From assembly GCA_951406725.2 (NCBI GenBank), contig OX597829.1:50468001-50532000 (forward strand): a stretch of DNA of 64,000 nt, written 5' to 3'. Made by a program: the position numbers and the translations under genes. Of the stretch, positions 39,694-52,455 are shown piece after piece. Each line of letters starts with the position of its first letter. Position 1 is the first letter of the stretch. The notes under the pieces are model-generated. The model was not told where the DNA came from. It saw only the letters and a program-made list of their open reading frames with translations, and made no database searches. The DNA is from Octopus vulgaris (Eukaryota).

Positions 39694-40056
39694 CATACAA
39701 TTTACCTAAAATAAATTAAAAATTGTCTGCTTCTTAAAATCAAAGATTCAGGTGCTATTCTCTAAATTTCTGTGTTTAACAATTTTTGGACATCATTCAT
39801 TTTATTAACATATTTCAGTCTGCATTATTTTTAAAATTCAAATGTCAGCTTCAAGTCTCCAAAGTTTTTGATACTTGACAGAATAACACATAATAAAATC
39901 AAAAATAGATAAATTAAATTGTTTTTTTGATAATATTAATTTTTGTCCAGTGAAAAAAAAAAGCAGCCAAGATGATATTTTCTTTAATATTGCTAAAAAC
40001 GTACAATAAGTACTTCACATCATTTTCTTGACTTTACATCGTTATTTACTTATCTT
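39694..40056 (+). mobile_element. Possible highly decayed Penelope-like reverse transcriptase remnant
   Basis: PYNLPKIN (cf. Y.LPKIHK) at about 39693 and FLDFTSLFT (cf. SFDVxSLFT / TFDFSTLYT) at 40024-40050, in the expected order and spacing; stops and frameshifts in between. Confidence 0.4.
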
Positions 40057-40289
40057 TTTTTTTTCCATGAAATTAATGCGAAAAAATAAACCTCAACTTC
40101 AGTCAGTTTATTCCATTTTACGCCAGTTTCAGCAAAACATATTTAAAAGAATAGAAATTCAAAAAATTAAAAAAACATGAAAACTAAGACTGAAATATAT
40201 AAAAATCAAATAAAATACTTGTGAAAATATGTATAAATCAGTTTATTAAAAGAAATAAAAGCCAATAAATTGTAAAAGAATTCTACATA

Positions 40290-40692
40290 GGCACAGGAGT
40301 GGCTGTGTGGTAAGTAGCTTTCTTACCAACAACATGGTTCCGGGTTCAGTCCCACTGCGTGGCATATTGGGCAAGTGTCTTCTGCTATAGCCCCGGGCCG
40401 ACCAATGCCTTGTGAGTGGATTTGGTAGACGGAAACTGAAAGAAGCCTGTCGTATATATGTGTGTATATATGTATGTATGTGTATGTATATGTTTGTGTG
40501 TCTGTGTTTGTCCCGCTAGCATTGCTTGACAACCGATGCTGGTGTGTTTACGTCCCCGTAACTTAGCGGTTCAGCAAAAAAGACCGATAGAATAAGTACT
40601 GGGCTTACAAAAGAATAAGTCCCGGGGTCGATTTGCTCGACTAAAGGCGGTGCTCCAGCATGGCCGCAGTCAAATGACTGAAACAAGTAAAT
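40290..40692 (+). mobile_element. tRNA/CORE-type SINE family B (about 400 bp, internal TA/TG microsatellite); other copies at 11845-12245(-), 14626-15020(+), 28862-29296(+), 53506-53915(+), 55505-55912(-), 61725-62162(-)
   Basis: TGGCTGTGTGGTAAG A box, GGTTCAGTCCC B box, CCTTGGGCAAGTG core, GACTGAAACAAGTAAA tail. Confidence 0.9.
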
Positions 40693-41073
40693 AAGTAAAT
40701 GAGAGTTTCAATGTTTACACTCATTCACATGGTGTTTGGGACCTTTAATTCTAGCTTTCCAACAGAAGGTGGCGCTCCAATTCATACCAGGAAATTCAAA
40801 TGTGTGTACAGGTTTACTTTGTTTCGCTTTTCATACACCATACTTCCTGTGTTTAAAATATAGTATTTTATAACACTAGAAATGTCTTTCTTTTAATGAA
40901 TTTTATTGAATTTTTTTATTGCTCTTTTCAATTTTTTTTTTTTGTGTGTGTGTTACATCATTTTTTGAAGTTAAGTTGCAATGTCTTGGAACCAATTATC
41001 AATGTAGGTTGAAGTATGTCTGTATAAAATGTGTGTGTGTGTGTAGAGTTTTTGAAGTGGTGTATAGATATTG

Positions 41074-42707
41074 TATATTGAGAGAGGAGGAGGCAGTCAG
41101 AATCTTGGATAATTCTTTATTAGTGCTTTCGTTTGTTTTTCAAACTCGTCAAGACAAAATCAAAATCAAAATGGTACAAACAGAATGTTTCATTGTTCTG
41201 TTAAGAAGAACAGAATATTGTTTTTGTTTTTTGTTTGTTTTTTTAGAAAAAGGGGAAGAGAGAGAGAAAGAGAAAAGCAAAGGGATGGGGGATAAGGAGC
41301 GAGAGAGCTGTCAGAACAATCAAGAATGAGGAGAAAACATAATAATAAAGGAGGGGAAAAGATAGATAGATAGATAGATAGATAGAAAGACAGACATGCA
41401 GACAGAGGTTTCTTTTCAATTTCATGTCAATTCATTGAAATTTCATTACAAAGCATTTTTCTTTCTCCTTTCTTTGTTTTTTTCTTTCCATTGTATACCT
41501 ATAAGCATATTTGTAAATAAGCACATTTTCTCACAAGGGCTGGTGACCTTTCAATGATGTCAATTTTAGGAAGTACAATGGAAGAAATAAGAAAAGGGGG
41601 GAAGGTGTGGACATCACTGTAAAACGAAAAAGACTTTAAAGTTCAAAGTCCTATGAAAATGTATATTCCTTTACATTTGTATAGCCAAGTTCCATATTCT
41701 GTGTAATTCCATGTTTTTCATGAACAAACATTAAATATTAATACAATATTCATAAATTAATAAAATAAAATCAGAATATGAAAAAATAATTTGGTACTGT
41801 TTATAATTCAATTTACTCTCAATGTACATTTAATCAAACATCACACTTGGGTTTTGTATGTATTTTGTATATTTAGCTGGAAGCCCCTCTGTAGGATATA
41901 AATTGCATAATAAAACAGGGCCCACTTAAGTATATTTCTTTGAGTATGTTTCATTCTTTTGCAGAATTTATTTTAATTTTTATTGCCTGCTTAGATAAGA
42001 TAATTCAAAAGAGATCTTTTTCACAAATTACTTTGCCAAATAGCTACATTAAATATCTTTCCTAATCAGTGGTAAAATGCTTCTAGTATTCTTTCTCTTA
42101 AGAAAGAATACCTGAGAAATTGAATAATAAACAATACCAAATTATTTTATTAAATTCCGACTTTAAATTCCTATTTTATGAATATTTAATGTTTGTTCAT
42201 GCAATTACACAGAATATGGGACTTGGCCATACAGTGTAAAAGAATATACATTCTCATAGGACTTTGAACTTTGAACTATTTTTTTATTTTTCAGCTATGA
42301 CTGCACCCTCACCCCCTTTTCTTATTTCTTCCATCCTACTTCCTAAAATTGACATCTTTGTGAGGTCACCAGTCCTTGTGAGAAATTGTATTTATTTATA
42401 AATATGTTGATAGGTATACAATGGAAAGAAAAAAGAAAGGAGAAATAAAAAAAGAAAAATGCTTTGTAATGAAATTTCAATGAATTCACCACTTCAGATT
42501 GAAAAGAAACCTCCCATACTCTCTCTCTCATTCTCTCTCACTCTCTCTCTCCCTTTCCAAAAAAAAAACAAAAACAATATTCCCCTCTTCTAAACAGAAC
42601 AATGAAACGTTCTGTTTTTACCATTTTGATTTTGTCTTGAGGAGTTTGAAAAATGAATGAAAGTGCTTATAAATAATTATCCAAAATTCTGACTGCCTCC
42701 TTTTTCT

Positions 42708-42714
<7 letters not shown>
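41074..42714. repeat. Long diverged inverted repeat IR2: arms ~41074-41814 and ~42117-42714
   Basis: Colinear reverse-complement blocks throughout (e.g. AAAGTTCAAAGTCCTATGA / TCATAGGACTTTGAACTTT), roughly 75-85% identity by eye. Confidence 0.9.
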
Positions 42715-42779
<65 letters not shown>

Positions 42780-44759
42780 GTATGCATGCATATATTGCTA
42801 ATATATGTATTTTTATTTTTTATAATGTTCCACAGCTGAATGGAAACAGGTAGGGTAATTCACACACAAGCTTTGCAGGTTCGAGTTTCACCTCATGTAC
42901 TTTTTGTCTTGCTGCTACCATATCCACCACTACTATCACCCCCACAAACACCACCACCACTACCACCAATACAATTACTACTGTCACTGCTATCACTGAT
43001 ACTAATGTTTTGCCTATAGTTGCTATACGGATGATTGTATCATCGTCATTGTTGTCATCATAATTTAACTTCCACTTGTCTGTGTTTGCATGAGTTGGAC
43101 AGAATTTGTTGAGGAAAACACTTGATAGACAGATGTCCTTCCTATCACTAACCATCACCTCACAGTTCCCACTACTAAGAGGAAGTATTTGGGAAGGGAA
43201 AGTGGAGGTGGATGGCTGTATGTCAGGTGTTGAAAGGCTAAAAGTAAGACAGAGGGACATGCACAGGTGTCTCGCTATTGAAGAGATACATGGATGAATG
43301 GGATAAGGGGAAGTTAGTGATGGGGTGCTAGAGCAAACTCACAAGGAACAAGAAGGTGGGCATAAAAGAAGAGATGGACAGTTTCCAAGTAAGGTAATAT
43401 TTCCCCCATGACCAGACATGTTTTCAGGGAAGATTGGAAACAAAGGACCCTGCTTGTGTAAGAGTGACACTTGCTTGCAACTTTCATGTGAAGTCAAAGC
43501 AAGGAGACAGAAACACACACACTCACACACACACACAACGCACACACAACACACACACACACACATCTACATATCTATATTATATCCTGTGTATATAATT
43601 AGATGTACAACTGCTTCTGTTGAGTTTAGAGCTCTCTGTAGATTATCACCACCCAGACTGCTTCTGGTGTAGTGGTTTGGTTAATATTATACTTAGTAGT
43701 GTTACTGGCTATGATATACAGAACAAATTCTGTTCAAGCATCCAATGACACACGGAACATCCAGTTCTGAGCTCCAAGCAATCATAACGGTGAAACTAAT
43801 AATTTAAACTAATAATTTAAACTTGTGTTTATCGTAATTACTCATATATCATCATCATCATCATCAGCATCATCATCATAATCATTAGCATCATCATCAT
43901 AATCATCATCATTTAACGTCCATTGTCTATACTGGTATAGGTTGGATGGTTTGACCTGGGCTGGCAATTGAAGGGAATACAGTTTAATTGTTTACTCTAA
44001 ATGATTCTTAATGTTTCCTATCATTCAGTGTGGTTAGCCAAGTCTAGATTTTATCAGGGTGCTCATAAGGTATCTGCCCAGATTGAATCCCTATATATGT
44101 GTGGTGTATTTGATGGGCCTTCTTTCAGTTTCTGTCTATCAAATCCACTCACAAGATTTGATCAGCCTAAGGATATAGTAGAAGGCACTTATTCAAGGTG
44201 CCATGCAGTGGGACTGAACTTGGAACCGTGAGGTTGGAAAGCAAACTTCATACCACACAGCTACCCTTCTGCCTATATGTGATTATATGTGTATATACAT
44301 ATCGCCATCATTAATCAGTGTCAGAATCCTTGTCACCACTTTTACCCTAGCTTTTCCATGCTTGTATGGATTGGACAAGTCCTCACGGACAAAACCAGTC
44401 CCTGTTCAGACTTACTGCTCTCCTACTCAGGTCAGGGATAAAGGTAAAGAATGGGTGGTGGTGAGAGGTGGACTCTAATTACAGACGTATCCAGTGTGAT
44501 ATCATGCTTCGCTACACAGCTGGTGGCATGGTCATGGGAAGGAGGTAGGGCAATATAGAAATGATAAGGGGGGGGGGGGAGGCAATAGACAAGAGGGAGC
44601 AACAAAATGTGGAGTATGAGTATAGGGAAACTTAATATAAACAAGGATCAGAAGATGAATATTGACAAACATTATGATCACCAGCACCATCTGCATGTCT
44701 TCTTTTAATGCTTACCATGTGTTGCGGAGGGGTTTTTTCTAGCGTGGTGCTTCATCACA

Positions 44760-45520
44760 AGTCTTAGGCATTGTCATTTACTCTGCAATATTTCAATCAC
44801 TTGAGATCAATCTTCACTGCTTTCCATATTTTGCTAGGTTTCCCTCTTCCACTAATCCAATCCACTTGGAGTGCACTTCTTAGTATTAACAACTGACTGC
44901 TTCCATGTACATCATGTGGCCCACACCAGAGCAGTTTTCATCATTCAAACACATGATGTCTGATTCTTCTCAGCTCATTTTTTTCCCCCTCCATATTTCA
45001 TGCTCATTAACTCCCTAACATAGCACATCCAGTGGATCATGGTTAACTAATTTCTTTCCAGCCTTCACATGTCCTCTGCATTCATGACCCACATCTCACT
45101 ACAATACATCATCATTTTCTCTTTATACATAGGCACCACACAATCTGCACTTCATTCTCAGAAGGAAACACTTTGCTGGCAACAGTGGTAACTTCTCACT
45201 GAACACTTTTCCACTATTTTCTCTTAACCCTTTCGTTACCAACCTGGCTAAAACCGGCTCTGGCACTGAGTATAAATGTCTTGTTTTCATAAGTTTTGAA
45301 TTAAGATCTTCCACCAAACCTTAGTCACAATTTATGTTCTTAACACTAGCTTAATGCTAACTAAGTTATTTTACTAAATTCTTTGTTATATTTAAAATTA
45401 ATTGAAAGAAACACAGAACATCTCAAAATAAATACTGTAACAAAAGGGTTAATCTTATTATATCTTCCACTGCTAATTAGTTCACCTAAGTCATAGAAGC
45501 TATCAACTACTTCCATGGAG
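44760..45520 (-). mobile_element. Decayed RTE-clade LINE remnant
   Basis: Minus strand pieces MEVVDSFYDLGELISSG and EMWVMNAEDM*RLER...MIHWMC. Confidence 0.6.
45228..45448. mobile_element. piggyBac-like MITE
   Basis: TTAA on both sides; TIRs CCCTTTCGTTAC / GTAACAAAAGGG. Confidence 0.85.
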
Positions 45521-45949
45521 ACTCTGAGCATATATATACATATGTATGTAACATAATGCAATAAAGTATCTCCTTGATCTGTTGTGGTTAAGCATCCAGT
45601 TGCACTTGATAAATTCAGTGCAGAATTCCCAAACAGCCACAGTAGTGAAACATACATAAGGAACATAAGATATAATTGCAATTTCTCCTACATTTGCTCT
45701 TTATATCATAGCTAGTGATACTATTAAGTATAGTAGTTATCTAAGTACTATACTGAAAGCAGATTGGATAATTAGAATCTCTATGAGGCTCTAAAACCAG
45801 CTGCAGCAGTTGCTCCCATCTACTCCCTAGTGGTTTCTACTCCACCTCCTGAACCACTTCCATTCCTGCCCATACGATTTTAACAAGTCACCCCCCCCCC
45901 CCCCCCGCTTTCCATGCCTTCAGTAGAGGCACGCCCTAAAAATGGCTTC

Positions 45950-46518
45950 TGGTTACAAATATCTTGGGTCATACATATTATCTGAAAAAGATCTTCTAAC
46001 TAGAAAGGGTATGGCCTGGTCAGCCTGTAATGATATGCATAAGATCTGGTCATCAAATCTAAGTAGAGATTTCAAACTTGAAATCTTCAAAGCCACAGTC
46101 GAACCAATTCTACTATATGGCTCAGAAACCTGGACGTTATCAAAGAAGCTTGAGAGGCGGTTGGATGGAACTTACACTCGCCTCCTTATGAGAGCTCAAA
46201 ATCTCTCGTGGAAGCGCCATCCAACCAAAATGCAAATATATGGGAAACTACCACCTGTGTCATCTCTTGTGAAAGGGAAGAGAGTCCAGTTTGCTGGACA
46301 TTGTTGTAGAGCTGAAAAAGAAGTAATTTCTACTCTTCTCCTCTGGAAGCCATCTACTCGCAATACCAGAGGGCGCACACTCTCCTACACTGATGTAATC
46401 TCCAGGGATACAGGCATCCAGCAACATGACCTCCATAATGCTATGATGGACCGTGAAGTCTGGCGTAACATAGTATATTCCATTGTCTCGACCACAGTCG
46501 AACAATGATGATGATGAT
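45950..46518 (+). mobile_element. 5'-truncated RTE-clade LINE with uninterrupted C-terminal frame and (GAT)n tail
   Basis: ORF 45942-46508: YKYLGS...ATVEPILLYGSETWTL...LDGTYTRLLM...FAGHC...MMDREVWR. Confidence 0.9.
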
Positions 46519-47693
46519 GTGGTTAGGGATGTTGGACTCCTGATTGTAAGATTGTGGTTTTGATTCCTGGACCAGGCGACACGTGTTCTTGAACAAGACA
46601 CTGCATTTTCACATTGCTCCAGTTCACTCAGCTGGCAAAAAGGATTAACCCTGCAACAGACCAGTGTCCTGCTCAGGTGTGAAATTTAAATGCAATGGAA
46701 ACCCGGAAACCAGGAAACTGGTCCTTAGGAGTCGGCATGACTGATAGAGGTAACTTTATTTTTGTGGAGGCACATAGCTTAGTGGTTGGGGTGTTGGACT
46801 CATGATTGTAAGGTTGTGGTTTCAATTCCAGGACTGAGCAATGTTTGTTCTTGAGCAAAACACTTCATTTCACATTGCTCCAGTCCACTCAGCTGTCTCC
46901 TACCTCCACCTGTTTCCTCCCTCCTCATACTCTTATGAAAGCATCCTCTCTCTCTCATCCCCCCTCTCCTCCCATGACTCACTGCCTGTGCCTTCTTTCA
47001 TGCTCACCTTCTTGTTCCTTGAGAGTTTGCTCTAGCACCCCATCACTATCTTCCCCTTATTTCATTCATCCATGTATCTCTTCAATAGCAAGACACTCGT
47101 GCTTGTTCCTCTGTCATACTTTAGCCTCTCAATGCCTGGCATGTGGCCAACCACCTCCACCTTCCCCTCCCAAATACTTCCTCTTAGTAGTGGGAGCTTT
47201 TCCTCTTTCATTTTTCACTGTTCTTACAAGTTACACAGCAACCTCACTTGTGCTGGTGCCAAGGGGAAAAAAGCACCCAGTGCACTCTGTAAAGTAGTTG
47301 GTGTTAGGAAGGACGTCCAGCTGTAGAAACCATGCCAAAGATGATGTTGGAGCTTGATGTAACTCTTGCAGCTTCCCAGTTTCCTGTCAAACCATCCAAC
47401 CCATACCAGCATTGAAAACAGACATTAAATGATGGTGATGATGATGGGTAAGAAGTAGATAACTACAAAACAAGTATATTTATTTAAAGATTGTTCAAAT
47501 GTTCATATCTTTTATTTGATATCGCTGACCAGTTATCGTTGTTTTAAAGACACTGCCCAAAGTAACGGCAATAATTGGATTCTGTTCTCACACACACATA
47601 AACAGAGCAGACATAGAATATAGTATGTATATACACACATATATACACATATGTGATCAAGCAGACTCCAATGAAGCTGTTGCTCTGCACAGG

Positions 47694-48478
47694 CACAACT
47701 TATATAGTAAAAAAATCAATAGAAATAAAAAAATAAAAAAGAGTTACCATGAAGTTGTTGTGTGGTGTGGAAACTGCGTTGTTTCAGACAGTCTTCCTTC
47801 AGGAAAAAGTTTAACAGAAAGAAATTAATGGGAGACACAGTAGAGTTTTATATCTTCTAACTTAAAAAAAAAAAAAAACTGGCTGCAATTGACAAGGAGC
47901 ACAGGAATACGTGAGCTTTGTACGTGAACAAGAAATGGTAGGAGAAACATAGAAAGAAGAAAATTAGGTAAAAATAATGGAATGAGAAGAAAGAGAAATG
48001 GAACGAGAGGAAGAAAATTGAGAGTGAGTTTAAGAGGAAAGACGACGAAGGAGGGGTGTTGAAGGATGACAAAGGGTTTAATGAAGTATGAGGAGGTGTA
48101 GGACTAAAAGGAAAAACATTTTATCTCATTAAACTCTTTCTCATCCTTCAACTCTCCTCCTTCTTCATTTTTTCCTTTCATCTCACTTCTCTATTTGCCT
48201 GTTTCTTGTCATTCCATTATTCTTTCCTTCTTCTTTCTCACAGTTTTTCTTGCCCCTTCTTGTTCACATACGAAGCTCACATGTTACTGTGTTCCCCATC
48301 AGTTGCAGCCAGTTTCTTTTTTTAACTTAAACGATGTAAAACTCTGCTGTCTCTCACTAATTTCTCTCCTCTCAACCTATCACCTGAAGAAGGACTGTCT
48401 GAAACGAAGGATTTTCCACTCCTCGCAGTGAGCTCACTGTATTCTTTTTAATTGATTTTACTATGAATGTTTGTGTGT
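47694..48478. repeat. Diverged inverted repeat IR3: arms ~47694-48084 and ~48127-48478, spacer ~40 bp
   Basis: e.g. GTTTCAGACAGTC / GACTGTCTGAAAC, AAACTGGCTGCAA / TTGCAGCCAGTTT, TTGAAGGATGA / TCATCCTTCAA. Confidence 0.85.
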
Positions 48479-49190
48479 GTGTAGTCTAAAAATGGGCACC
48501 AGCCAAATGGTGATGCAGTCCATCTCCCTCTCTCCTTCCAAATGTCATGGTTTTTGATACCTCACTGGGTCAAGGGGCTGTGTTTACGCAATATTACAGA
48601 AGAACCTAAAGCAATTTAGCACAATTAACTAAATCAAGAAGCTTAATTTCATTGCTTCAGAATGTATTTTCCCAAAAAACTTAAAACAGGATAAATTTTT
48701 TTTATTTGTTTCAGGTTTCCTCGTTTGTTTCCTCCTGTGGATGAAAAGTATGTTGCTGTAAAGACAGTAGAAGCAGTTCTTACCAATACCAAATCCCTCA
48801 TGATTCCACGCCTTATCGGTTATGTAATCATATTAAAGACGTGAGTGACTTAATGATTGTTGAATCTTTCTAAACGGTCAACCCATTGGGTTTTCTGATC
48901 TTAAACATGGAACTTTGGAGATGAGATGATTAGGTGCTGCTATTTGGATGCAGAGGATTTGGCATGGCTGGATATTGAATTGGTTTTGGTGAGAGTATAC
49001 TTTGGCACTGGAGACACACACACTTGCACACACATACACACATGCTTATGCACAGAGAAGTACAGATAGAAAGAATGAGAGAGAGAGAGAGAGAGTGACG
49101 TTGCGATTTATTAAGTGAAAACTTCTCTTCTACACATAGAGAGAAATATGCATCACCATTTGGCTGGTGCCCATTTTCAGACTACACACT

Positions 49191-49195
<5 letters not shown>
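48472..49195. repeat. Short inverted repeat IR4 bracketing exon 48715-48840
   Basis: GTGTAGTCTAAAAATGGGCACCAGCCAAATGGTGATGCA (48479-48517) pairs with TGCATCACCATTTGGCTGGTGCCCATTTTCAGACTACAC (49149-49187), one mismatch. Confidence 0.92.
48715..48840 (+). CDS. DHRS3: DHRS3-like SDR exon (phase 2/2)
   Basis: Acceptor tttatttgtttcag, donor GTGAGT; 126 nt = (R)FPRLFPPVDEKYVAVKTVEAVLTNTKSLMIPRLIGYVIILK(T), resembling DHRS3 RFPNLFPPL...TVEAV; not in the ORF track. Confidence 0.93.
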
Positions 49196-49223
<28 letters not shown>

Positions 49224-49863
49224 ACAGAAAGAGGAAGACTCTCATTAGTTGAACCTGAGTGACATAAACACTTCTCCTTCTCATCAGACACACAAGGGAA
49301 ATATACTCACATACATAAACAGAGCGAAAGAGAGATGAGAGACAGATGTGAGAGAAATATTACATTTTATTAATTGGTTGCAATTGACGTAAATACTTTT
49401 CCGTCTCCTCAGACACATAAAGATAGATATGTTCACAGGGAGGAGAGAGAAAGAGATGTTCACAGGGATGGGTAACATGCTTCTAGGCGCTATGCCTAGC
49501 TTGTTAAAGAGTCTATCAACTCGCCACCTTAGTTGTAGTAGTAGTAGTAATAGAAGTAGTAGTGGGGGCGCAGTTGTGGAGGTGGCAGCAGCAGCAGCAG
49601 CAGCCATAGTAGCAGTAGTAGTAGTAGTAGTAAAAATCATAATTCTTTCTACTGAAGGCACAAGGCTTCAAATTTTGGGAGAAGACATTTGGTCAATTGC
49701 ATCAACCCCAGTATTTCACTGGTACTTATTTTATCTATTGTGAAAGGATGAAAGGCAAAGTGGACCTCAGTGGAATTTGAACTCAGGACATAAAGACAGA
49801 TGAAATGCTGCTAAGCATTTTGGTACGGCGTGCTAATGATTCAACCAGTTTGACGCCTTAATG

Positions 49864-49913
<50 letters not shown>

Positions 49914-51062
49914 CCTTTCTACAAAAGACACAAGGCCTAAAATTTTGGAGACAAGGACCAGTTGGTCAGTTGAAGCTTAGACAGTGTCACATGACAGTTA
50001 GCTGGTGCTGGCTGCTGGAGCCTACTGGTGAGTATTTAAAGGGAAATTTGGCATGATAGTCATTCACCTGCTGACATTCATTGACACTGCATCAAAGAAA
50101 CCAAAGAACAAAAGAAAAAAGGAGAAAGAAAAAAACACACTCAACACCAGAAGTGAAGATACCTCTGAAAGGCGGGGAGGCATCACGTCGAAAACAATAG
50201 AGGAGTAGGGGCTGAAACTGGACTTGGTTCCTCCTGATGATGTCTTTAGCCACTGGATCCTATAAAGGAGCTGTTGAGGTAGCAAACCATGAAACGTGGT
50301 TGGAATTCCTTGACCCCAGTGTTCAACTGGTATTTATTTCATTGACCCCCCAAAAGGGTGACAGGCTAAGTCAACCTCAGTGGAATTTGATCTCAGAACG
50401 TAAAGATGGACAAAATGCCCCTAAGCATTTTATCTGGTGTGCTAACAACTCTACCAGTTTGATGCCTTAATGATAATAATACTAACAAGAGCACTCAGAG
50501 AGTGTAATCCCCCACCAAAGCAACACCAATGTCCTCTCAACGATTAGCTAGAGATGATTTTTAAATGAGAATACCTGAAATAAACTTGACTGCTCTCACA
50601 AACGATAATACTAAAAGTGAACCTGACCACTCTCAAAAATTAAGTAAAAAAGTAGGAAAAAAATCCAGAATCCTTGTCCGGTACTGTATTGATCCCAAAA
50701 TCTAATCACTTAATGCCAGTCACGAGGCCAAACATCCCTGAAAGTTTCATCTGAATCCATCCAGCGGTTCTTGAGATATCTTCTCCACGCACAGACAAAA
50801 CAATACCTCCGCCTCCGCTAAGGTTGAGGTAATAATGGTTTCAAATTTTGCCACAAAGGCAGCAGTTTTGGGGGAGAGGATGAATTGATTACATTGACCC
50901 CCCCCCACCTCATACACACACACCAGTGTTCAAATGGTACTTTTTTTATCGACCCAGAAATGATGAAAGGCAAAGTTGACCTCGGTGGAATTTGAACTCA
51001 GAACATAAATACGGTTGAAATACCACTAAGCAGAGTACTAATGACTTTATCAGCTCGCCACC

Positions 51063-51109
<47 letters not shown>

Positions 51110-52118
51110 CTTTCAACTGGAAGCACAAGGCCTCAAATTTGGGGGAAGGGATTAAGTCAATTACATCGACCCCAGTATGTATAACTGATACCAATTTTAT
51201 TGACTCTGAAATGATGGAAGGCAAAGTCAACCCCAGCAGAATTTGGAAATACTGCAAAGCATTTCATCCAGTGTGCTAATGATTCTGCCAGCTGTTGCCT
51301 TAATAATAATAATAATAATAATATTAATAATAATAATAATACTGATGTAGTACCAGACAGTGGCTCTCATGGCTTCTGATCTTAACTGATTGGAAGTGTT
51401 ATCATGTACGTTGTTTTGTCTTGGTATAAAAGATGACCTACAGCAAATATTCTGCTCAATACCACAGATTTGCTTGTCAGTTGTTTGACCATAACCAGTT
51501 GAGCATGTCCCTTAGTGGCTGACGATACGTGCATCTCTGATCACGAGCAGAAGTAGTGGGGGAGCATCATAGCCATGTGTTGAGAGGGATTCTTTGGGGT
51601 TTGAATAATTCACCTCTGGAAACATGGTGTCCAACATTCTTAAACAACCCTCGTTCAGGGACCTTTTGAGCGGGATGGGCTACTCAACCTGAAGAAATTT
51701 CTAACTGGGCCCCACCTGCAAGGTCATGTGCTGTTTATCTTGATATGTCACGCACATATGGTTGTGATGCATGTGCCTGGTGTACCCTTATCAGACGGGT
51801 AGTCATGATGGGTATACTGGGCTTCGTATATTTTACCCCAGTGTCACTTTGATAGCATGAACTGCTCTCTCACTCAATAATAATAATAATAATAATAACA
51901 ATAATGGTTCCAAATTTTGCCACAAGGGTAGCAGTTTTGGGGAAGGGGACAAGTCAATTACATCGACCCCAGTATTCAACTGGTACTTATTTTTATCGAC
52001 CCCAAAAGGAAGAAAGACGAAGTCAACCTCACTGGAATTTCAACTCAGAACACAGCAACAGGCGAAAGATGCTAAGCATTTCATCCAGCATGGTAAGGAT
52101 TCTGCCAGCTCATCACCC

Positions 52119-52154
<36 letters not shown>

Positions 52155-52158
52155 GTGT

Positions 52159-52203
52159 GGTGGAAGAAGAGGAGGATGACAACAGCAATAATGATGACAC
52201 TGT

Positions 52204-52265
<62 letters not shown>

Positions 52266-52416
52266 AACTAAGATGAAAATGATAATGAAAACAAAGGCAA
52301 TAATCATGACAATAATGATTATGAGGATTATGATGAAGCAGGTGATGACGACGATGATGGTGGTGGTGGTGGTGGTGGAGGTGGTCATGATGTTGGTGAT
52401 GATGAAAATGATGATC

Positions 52417-52455
<39 letters not shown>

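Larger units (their letters stand above)
43167..47195. repeat. Inverted pair of ~205-bp segments: 43167-43371 and 46992-47195
   Basis: e.g. CACTACTAAGAGGAAGTATTTGGGA / TCCCAAATACTTCCTCTTAGTAGTG. Confidence 0.85.

Noticed and set aside
45942-46508. 188-aa ORF as a host gene
   Set aside because: C-terminal part of an RTE LINE ORF, 5'-truncated, with a (GAT)n tail.
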